DNA from: Selaginella moellendorffii | Taxonomy: Eukaryota; Plantae; Lycopodiophyta | Direction: 5' to 3' | NCBI RefSeq assembly: GCF_000143415.4 | Contig: NW_003314354.1 | Span: 38,575-102,574 of the forward strand | Length of the DNA: 64,000 nucleotides | Shown here: in pieces, positions 38,913 through 47,299 of the stretch | Position numbering within the stretch: position 1 is the stretch's first letter | How the letters are laid out: the number at the start of each line of letters is the position of its first letter | Translations under genes and position numbers: made by a program | Notes under the pieces: model-generated | Told to the model about the DNA's origin: nothing | Seen by the model: the letters and a program-made list of their open reading frames with translations, nothing else | Database searches by the model: none

Positions 38913-40022
38913 CATGTGGCAAATGCTGCGTGAAGAAAGATGCCCTTTCTGGGCAAATGCTGTAAGAGGCAGATTCCGAGCAGATGTATCTCAGGCCAGT
39001 GAAGGGGACAAACGAAAGCTAGCTATAAACATGACGGGATGCAAATAGATTACTAGGCTGGTCCTGCGAAAATCAAAAACCATAATTGAAAACATTGAAA
39101 ATGCAAAAAGAAAGGTTTATAATATTTTTGAATTTTAAGCAACCAAATGAATGTAAGTAGGGCATGTGTTTGTAAGTTTAAAAATGCCTCAACCACTTAA
39201 ATTCCCAAGTAAATAAAGCTGTTTCTATTTTTGGTACAGGTAAACTTTATAGCGTGTGGTCTCATGCAATTTTGAACCCAAAAATGCACCAAAAAATGCT
39301 CGACTAGCATTATTCTTTGAATGGCGTGTGGCCTTATATTGCCATAAATGAATGTACACACACAGCATAATTATTCCTTTACACGGCGAATAATCTTGGC
39401 GCGGATCGCTGACATGGCATGGCAAAGTTCGAATCACTGACATGGCACAGCTGGATCGAGGCAAGGACATGATGTGACAAAGTTCAACCTCTGACAGCAA
39501 AGTCTAGAAGCTACTCAGTTTGAAATTTGTCAGAGGAATCATAAGATCTGGTTTGTCAGAGGATTTGATGTGACGTTCAAGCGTGTGTTATTTTTGAATT
39601 CTCGAACTCATTCCTAGGTCTATCATTTTTGTGCGCCGTGTTCTTGGTTCTGCTGAGCGCAGTGAGCGCTGCTTGTGTAAGCGGCGTTGTGAGCTGTGGT
39701 TTATGCGTCTACAAGCAGTTGCGCCATTGCGAGCGGCAGTTTATGCGAGTGGCAGTTTGTGCGAGCGGCGCTACGAGCAGTTGCGGTGTTGCGAGCGGCG
39801 CTACAAGTAGTTGCAGTGTTGCGAGCGGCACTGTCTTTGGTGTGGCTACCGCTTCCTCTTGATATTCGGCACTTGTGCTTCCTGGTATGTTCACCATGGA
39901 ATGGCTTAGGACCACATTTAGAAATGGCATGAGGCCACATGCCATCTTGGGCCCTTGCAATTTCATGGCTAGCGTATTGTCATGTATGTTTTTACTTGCC
40001 TGCAGCTGTGTGTATATCAAGA

Positions 40023-40212
40023 TGGCATGAGGCCTCATGCCATCTTTGGCCCCTGCTAGCCTATTGCCATATTCCTTTTGCCTTGCTGCAACTGTATATA
40101 TTTTTGTATGGGTGACTAGTCACACACACAAAAATATATACAGTTGCAGCAAGGCAAAAGGAATATAGCAACAGGCTAGTAGGGGCCAAAGATAGCGTGA
40201 GGCCTCATGCCA
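40023..40212. repeat. 190-bp loopless imperfect palindrome
   Basis: Symmetric about gtgact|agtcac (centre 40117/40118). Both arms end in tggcatgaggcctca. Confidence 0.9.
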
Positions 40213-40356
40213 ATTTTGTGAATGCGAAATTTCACGTGGGTGTCAATAGCATGTTTGAATAATGGCATATGGCCTCATGCTATTTGGTATGTTATGATTT
40301 AGGCCATTCTCCAATCATTTTTTGTATGGTCTTAACTTCTTTTCTGCACTTTCAGA

Positions 40357-43300
40357 ATGGCCTTCAGGGTTGGGGAAAAGGTTTACATTTTGAATGGTGG
40401 GAAGAGAGTTGCAAAAGGGACCCTTGTGTCTATGGATCGGAACTTTGTTATACACTGTCAAAGGCTTGGGGAAGGCAATGCTGCTATATCAGTAGAGACT
40501 GTCTTTGATGGGAATGTGGTTGCTATTGAACGAGGAGAGATGGTCGTCGGGGTAAATGTTCTTGTTGCCTTGAAAAATCTGCAAAAGAAAGCAGATGTTG
40601 GGGACAACGCAAGTGCGACACATGTTCCCTCCGTGGATCTTAAGAACCGTGCTACATGGATTTAGGCAAAGGTGTTTCTAAACAACCCCGAGGGGGAGGT
40701 GGTAGCTGAGGGCTTAGCCACAGTTGTCGATCCAAGAGATGCGGTTGCTAATCAAGAATTGGGCTGGGATGATATTGGAGTTGCGATTTTAGAGGTTGTT
40801 GACACAGAAGAAAACAGTCTGACTATTGGAAGCATTGTGCGGTGGAAATTGAGGCATTTAGTGTTTGAGAATGTGAAGGATTCACAATCAAACACCACTA
40901 CAACTGATGACAGAACATCTCTTCATGGGAAAAGAAAGTACACCTTCCTAAAGCGCAGCCAAAGGGATCTGAGCAACAAACCGAAAAGGCAGAAAATGGC
41001 GATGGAGGTTCGAATGGTCTCGACAGTTGCTTGTTGCAAGAGGAGGTGCTGTCAACATGCTGATTGGGATGCTATTGAAGAGGAGAGAGCAAGATACAAG
41101 ACATTGTCCTGGAAGGCAGCTCGCAATTTTGTGTATGAGGCATTACGGTCATCTGTTGATGCTTCAGAACATCAGGTGGGGGGCATGGTCTTCCAGAGGG
41201 GTTTGGTCTGCATGAAGGCATGGAGAATCATTTATGGAGTCCCTCGAAACACATTCTACATAATCAAAACTGAGTTCGAGGAACAAAGGGTTCAACAGGC
41301 AGTCCATGGGAACGACGGTACGCACAAAACCAGGGGTCATGTTGTATATGGAGAGGCAATCTTCAAGAGGTTTGTCGAGACATGTAGCGAGCAGCAACCA
41401 CATAAAACCCGCCTCTTGGAAGATGGAACACGAGACTCCCAACGAGTTCTCCCTTCCATGTATACCAAAGGGGCCATATTGGAAGATGTGAATCGGGAAC
41501 TCCAGAGTAATGGCTACAGGAAGCTGAGCCAATCTAGATTTAGTAGATTGTGGAGCAACAGGTTCAGGGATGTGAGTATAGGAAAGTACTCCAGCTTTTC
41601 AAAGTGTGACAAGTGCACTGCTATCAAAATGGCTTTGTCGAAGAATTCTTGCAGCGCTCAAGAGCGAGAGACATTGGTTAGAAGGCGGCTCGACCACAAC
41701 ATCGAGCAGAGAAGCTGCAGGACTGCATATTATCATAACAGGATTCTCTCCATGGAGAGACCTAACTCTTACCTCTGCATCATCCACGACAAAATGGACC
41801 AGAAAAAGACGTGCTTACCTCGACTCAATCCTGCCCCCAAGGCAATCTCTTCATCCATGCAGCTGCCTGTGTCTCTATTTGGCATAATCGCTCATGGGCA
41901 TGGTGCCCAGAACTATGGGAACTTCTTTGTACCTCTATGGTGTGGCGGGGGTGCAAACATGATGATTGCATCTCTAGCAAAACACTTAAGGTCTCTACAA
42001 AGTGCGCAGACTGAGCTGAACGGCCAACCCTTGCATAAGGCCCTTGTCGATCGAACCCCATACAGGGTTCAGCTGGAGGAGGAGCAAAGGCTTGCAGTAT
42101 CGCGTGGGGCCCCATGCCATCCCAGTGAATATGTTGGCCGTCAGATTGTAGGGTTATCACGTGAAGCCTCATGCCATTCCGACGAGGCTGGTCGCCCGGT
42201 GAATGCACAGCCTCATCCAAATGAAACAGAATCTCAAGGAAGTTCTTGCGACCGATGTGGCCTTCCACCCCATCTTCTGCTCCAAACAGACAATACTGGC
42301 AGTGAGAACAAAAACATGTACGTCTTCACGTACTTGGCGATGCTTGTTGCCAAAGGCATATTTGAAACAGTTACACTTGGCTTTCTCATGGTTGGGCACA
42401 CTCATGAAGACGTCGATGCCATGTTCAGTCACCTGGCAGAGTCGCTCCGGCGATCCAATGTCCTCACCCTCCCACAACTCTACGATGAATTCCAAAATTG
42501 CATCAAAGTCACTGTTGAAGCTGCACTTGTGACAGAGGTTCCAGACTTTAAGGGGTTTGTAAGAGGCTACATCAGGGACGGATCCGAAACGCTGATTGGC
42601 CACTCCAAGCCTCTTCAGTTTCATTTCAGCATGCGTGACGGTGCTCCAGTGATGAGGTACAAGATGAGAGAATGGGACACAGTGTGGCTGCCAGTGGACG
42701 GCATTGAACTCTTCAAGAGAGATCCCATAACTGGGGAACCTATGATTCCTCAGGGTTCCCCACGGCCGATGGACCCGGATGGACTCAAAGACCAGGAAAG
42801 TATAGTGGCCGGGATTAGACAGCATATTGCCTTCTGGAAGAGGGGGTTGGTGTTTGGTGGAGAATCCTATTTTAAGAGGTGCAAGCCTTTGCTTGAATAC
42901 TGGGAGAAGATTATATCTGCTATCCAAAATGGGCCGGTTGTATATGAAGAATTGGAAGAGTCCTTTTGGCCAGAACCCAGAGCACCAGATAGTAGCGAAA
43001 CAATGTCCTCTGGAAATGCAGTGACAGATAACGATGTTGAAGATCACTATTGTGGGCCAAGGAACAAGAAGCCGGATTCAGCATTCAATCCAGTACAGGT
43101 CTACAAAGGAATGGTCGTGCTTGTCAGACCCAGTAATAAAAAACAAATGATATGGGTGGGGCGCTGCATCACTGATGCAGAGGAGGACGCGGAAACTAAC
43201 TCCTTCAATGTAACTGTGGAGTGGTTCAAGCCAAGTTCCGGATATACGAAGGATTGCCTAGAAAAGAGATGGGTGCTGAATCCAAGGGATCCCAGCATGA

Positions 43301-43425
43301 GCATATTGGTGGATAATGTTGTGCATGGTTAGATGCGGAAGCAGAGTGCCACCATCACCTTGCTAGACCATGCAAGAGATGCAGCAAGAGCATTCATAAC
43401 CCGGGTTCAAGGTGAGATTCATTAA
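40357..43425 (+). pseudogene. DUF7869/Sola1-like DDD transposase, ~1020 aa, with two nonsense codons (40663, 43330)
   Basis: ORFs 40357-40665 and 40672-43332 share one frame. Motifs: KCDKC..H zinc site, D in HDKMDQ (41788), D in QTDNTGSENKN (42289) and GHTHEDVD (~42395-42417). Copy 1 has Trp at the second stop. Confidence 0.88.
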
Positions 43426-43748
43426 TATTCCTTTACTAAGTTTCTAATGTATTTTATTTCAAGGTGAACAATCCGAATCTGAATCAGAGGAGGCGTGATG
43501 GCATGGCGTGATGGCGTGAGGCGTGACACCAAAAAGGAGGTGTCCACTAGCGCTTAGGCTTATAATGGCGTGTGCCCTCATGCCATTTACTTGATCACCA
43601 AATACCTTTTTCCCTTTGCACTAGTATATCTTAATACCGGTCTGAGAAATAGAATGGCATGTGCCCTCAAGCCTTTTACTAAATCACCTTTGAAAGAAAT
43701 GCAAGCCTCTATGTCGTAAAAAAAAGGTACTAGAGAAATTCCTTAATA

Positions 43749-46141
43749 GGCGTTTGATTCGAAAAGGAAGAAGGGCTACGAAAAGATGATAGGTAATGCC
43801 TCACGGTTATGGCGTGTGTGCTCATGCCATTCATTGCAAATCAAGGGCTGAGTGAAAGCAGGCAGTCACCACCTCCTGACTCAGATTCCTATGGCGGACT
43901 CCCCTTCCCCAATCTCAATGGAGAGGTACAATGGATGAGAGATGCTTTTCAAGTCAGGGCCACGTTTTTCTCATCTCGTCGTCTTCGAAGGGTGCAAGAA
44001 CGTGCAGAAACCATGTTAAGACAGTCGGGTGAGGATACGGTCCTAGGTCACGCACTAAAACAGGCTATGGATGTCTTGTATTTTGAGATGGAGACTCGGC
44101 CAGATGATTTTCCCAAGATGGTCCTGGAAGAACAAGCCATCCAGCCTGAGCAGCCTATGGAAGAAATGCAGGAGGGGGATGAGGAGCCAGAGAAAGATAA
44201 TGAGCAGGAAGAGCAGAAGGACGAAGAGGAGGACAAAGAAGAGGAGGACGAAGAAGAGGAGGACGAAGAGGACTTGGATGGTCCTCACAATGGTGACGAT
44301 CACAATAACGACGACGACGATGATGACGACGATGGCCAGCCTGAGGTGGCCAAAGAGCAGCGGAGGAAGGTCATACAAGACAAACTATCAGGTAAATAAT
44401 AGTACATCCATTCCTAACATTGTCCATGTAGGTCGCAGAGCAAATGGTAAGTAGAGATTATTCAGTTGAATTTACAAACTCTAGCCTTTAGTGTCGAGGA
44501 AGGATAGTGCCAAGCAAGGGTCGAAACGTATGTTCAATCCTTCAGAATCAGCAGTGCACCCAAGTGATATAGGTCCTAGTTCCTCAATAGCAGTTGATGG
44601 TAAATACAGTATAGTTGATTCAATGTGCTAATGAGTTTGTTTTTAGTAGCACGGGAGGATACCATCTCAATCGAAGGGAAATATTTGGACATGCATATGG
44701 ATCCGCCAGTGGACTCTACTTGCCTGCAAGAGTCATCAAAGCTGGTGGAGGCTACTATCCATATCAACGCCAAGCAAGCTGACCACGCTCCACTTGATGC
44801 TGCCCATACCACTGAGTCAATCTTGTCCATGTATCCAACTGACGGTGACCAGGCACCATTGGACCCGCATGAGGCCGCCCCAGCTGCCGAGTCGGTCGTA
44901 TCCCCATTTCCAACGGACTCAACGTGTGCCCAATCGTCTGACTACGCGCCGTTGGAACCTCCCTACACCGCCCCTGCTGCCTGTTCGGTCATGTCCACTT
45001 TGCTAACGGAGGCACCAGCTGAAATGGCGTGTGATCACACGCCATCGGAACCACCCCATGCCACTGTTGAGCCAGTTGTACCAGAGTCTACAGCTGAAAT
45101 GGCATGTGCCCACACGCCATCGGATGCGATTGACCCCACATTGCAGAGGAGAGTATTTCCGCCCTTCACGTTTCCTCGACCAAAACCCTCTCAACGACCA
45201 TCGGGAGCACCATTCGCTAATATTGTAGATGGTAAAATTGACTTGTACCATTTTTTATGCTGACGCATTTCATTTCAGAGTCACGGTGAAGGTACTGTAT
45301 CGTTTTTGATCTGAACGGTGTCCTTTTCTCCCATGAGCGTGGCTTGTCCTCGAATGTCACTGCACCCTCCAAAGCCTACGGTCGCAAGTTGGTCAAAAGA
45401 GACAGATTCACATTAATCACACAGGAGAAACTGCGGGATCTAATAATGACCATGCGACACTTAAAACAGAGGGCCGGGTTCAATTTGCAATTGGGAGTTT
45501 GGACATCCATGATGCGCCACAATGCATTAACGTTGCTACAGATGATGCACGATCAGACGCGAGTAATATTACCATTTGACTTTCTCCTAACGCAAGAGGA
45601 TTGCTTGACTATGGTCCATGTGAGGGGTAGCAAGCCCATCTTTGTCAAGCCAGAGGCTGTAGTGATGAACCGGACTGCTAGCTCAAGTGAAATCCTCATC
45701 ATCGATGACTCGCCGATTAAAACTGCAGCGAACACGCACACATATGCAGTGCACCCCATCTCTTGCAGTATGGAAACTAGGGAGAAGAAACCGTATGTTC
45801 TGGGGGACCTTGCAAAATGGCTTGGAGCGATGGTGATAGAGAACCGGCCAGTCTAGGAGGTGGCTGCAGAAATCAACCAAATGGCAGATAGAACGGTATA
45901 TCAGAAGCCATTTGATCGGACAGACACCAGTCATCATTTATGGCATGTATATTGTCTAGCCAAGCACTATCCGCATCTCCATAATCTGCTCAACCGGATG
46001 GGTTCTTCGACTACTGAACATGAGCGTGGACGTATTAGAGAAGAGATGGCATTACTATTGGGTTTAAATCCTGATAGTGTGGAGAGTGATGAAATTCCAA
46101 GATTATTGTATAGGCGTTGGAGGCAAAAAATAACAATCTGA
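43749..46141 (+). pseudogene. 3' exons of the accessory gene, copy 2: acidic linker, Pro/Ala repeats, FCP1/NIF HAD domain (45279-46141)
   Basis: Introns at 43793-43839 (acceptor mutated), 44392-44431, 44447-44491, 44600-44646 and 45232-45278. Stops at ~45287 and ~45854. Confidence 0.8.
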
Positions 46142-46584
46142 GATGGCATGTTTTTATTTAAAAATGTAACTTATTATGGCATGGGGTTCCATGCCATTGT
46201 ATTAATATTAAAAGACAATTCTTTGAGAGGATTTGCATTATACTAGAAGTGTTATAGCATGTTATTGGAAGTCTACGAAGTTGTTTTATTAATAAGGGGA
46301 AAGTAAAGATTGAATGGGGACTTGGGCTCCACCTAGACTCGAAGCAACTGAGCCAATATTAAAAGGATGGAAAGAAATTGGACGACGATGACAAGGAGAA
46401 GAGAGAGGTGAAGCAGTGGCAGGGGGAGGAGAAGTGATTGAGTAGACATTTCCTTGTTTAAAATAAAATGGCATGTGCCTCAATGCAGTTGAATTTTGTT
46501 ATATTTATATACTATATAAAGGTTTGGAAACCTTATTTTACAAGTGGAATAATGACAATTCCCACTTTAACGAAATAGAGCTTA

Positions 46585-47173
46585 TCCCCATTTATCCCCT
46601 AAGGTTCCAAGGATCCACGGTGACAATATATCCAAATCTCATCCCATGATCGCATGCATTACACTCACCCCCCCTTTAGAAATGTCAATGTCCTCATTAA
46701 TTATTGACTAAAAACCCCTATTGAGCCAAAGGGAACTAACACCTTCATTTCCGCACTAAATCTACCAATCCTTCAATTGTGTAAACTAATTATTCCATGT
46801 GAGGCAACTAGTCATCCACCCGTATTACAGTCCCACGATGAATATCTTTGTTTGTGGATATACCACACAAGAGGAAGGACATATGCATAGATGCCCAATA
46901 TTCACGATTTCAAATTTAGGTAGGAATATACCTTGCTCAAAGGTATATTATATTTTTAAGTAGCCACTAATCAATAGAAATCAAACCCGTGCCATTTACT
47001 CCGACACCAACTATAGCACACTTTATCTCTCTCCCCTTCAACCAATTAGAAAAGGGGCAATTGCTTGATAAAAGAGCCTTTAGTGGCTATTTTATCCCCA
47101 TTTATCCCCCAAGATTCCAAGGATCCACGCTGACAGTATATCCAAATCTCATCCCATGATCACATGCGCTACA
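46585..47173 (-). mobile_element. TRIM-like miniature LTR element nested in the family-A 3' LTR
   Basis: One LTR at 47012-47173. The second LTR is rc(25275-25345) plus 46585-46663, split by the DNA transposon. PBS rc ctccgacacca at ~46999-47009, PPT rc ctcaccccccc at 46664, ~350 bp non-coding interior. Confidence 0.75.
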
Positions 47174-47299
47174 TTTATGGACACATGGCATGTGACATGT
47201 GGTATACGACATGTGGCACATGGGGGGTTTAGGTTCTAATTTGTGGTTATCCTATGGTAATTCACTATAGGATAAAAGGTAAAAGCCATATACACTATA
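47174..47299 (+). repeat. End of the family-A 3' LTR
   Basis: Matches 17640-17745 (ggtttaggtt..tgtggttatcctatggtaattcac..ggataaa..ggtaaaa). Confidence 0.8.

Larger units (their letters stand above)
37618..40356. promoter_or_regulatory. Divergent promoter/5' UTR region between the accessory gene and the transposase
   Basis: Lies between the head-to-head ATGs at 37617 (-) and 40357 (+). Contains CpG-rich patches at both ends, telomere-type repeats, palindromes and an acceptor ctttcag just before the transposase ATG. Confidence 0.6.
36738..46584. mobile_element. DNA transposon copy 2, main part (accessory gene 5' end, promoter, transposase, accessory gene 3' end, B-end TIR 46560-46584)
   Basis: TIR tcccactttaacgaaatagagctta followed by TC. 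Internal inversion junction at 43748/43749. Confidence 0.88.
16937..47299 (+). mobile_element. Family-A Ty3/Gypsy LTR retrotransposon hosting two DNA transposons and a TRIM; middle part now inverted
   Basis: 5' LTR 16937-17745 (+) with PBS tggtataagag at 17748. pol and PPT plus the start of the 3' LTR now lie on the minus strand (30080-25350). The end of the 3' LTR is at 47174-47299 (+). Flanks GGGAA (16932-16936) and GGGAG (47300-47304) match 4/5. Confidence 0.82.

Noticed and set aside
18660-46490. CRISPR-like reading of the 22-bp palindromes
   Set aside because: Spacing is irregular (tens to >1000 bp), the sites lie in introns and exons, there are no cas genes, and the context is eukaryotic.
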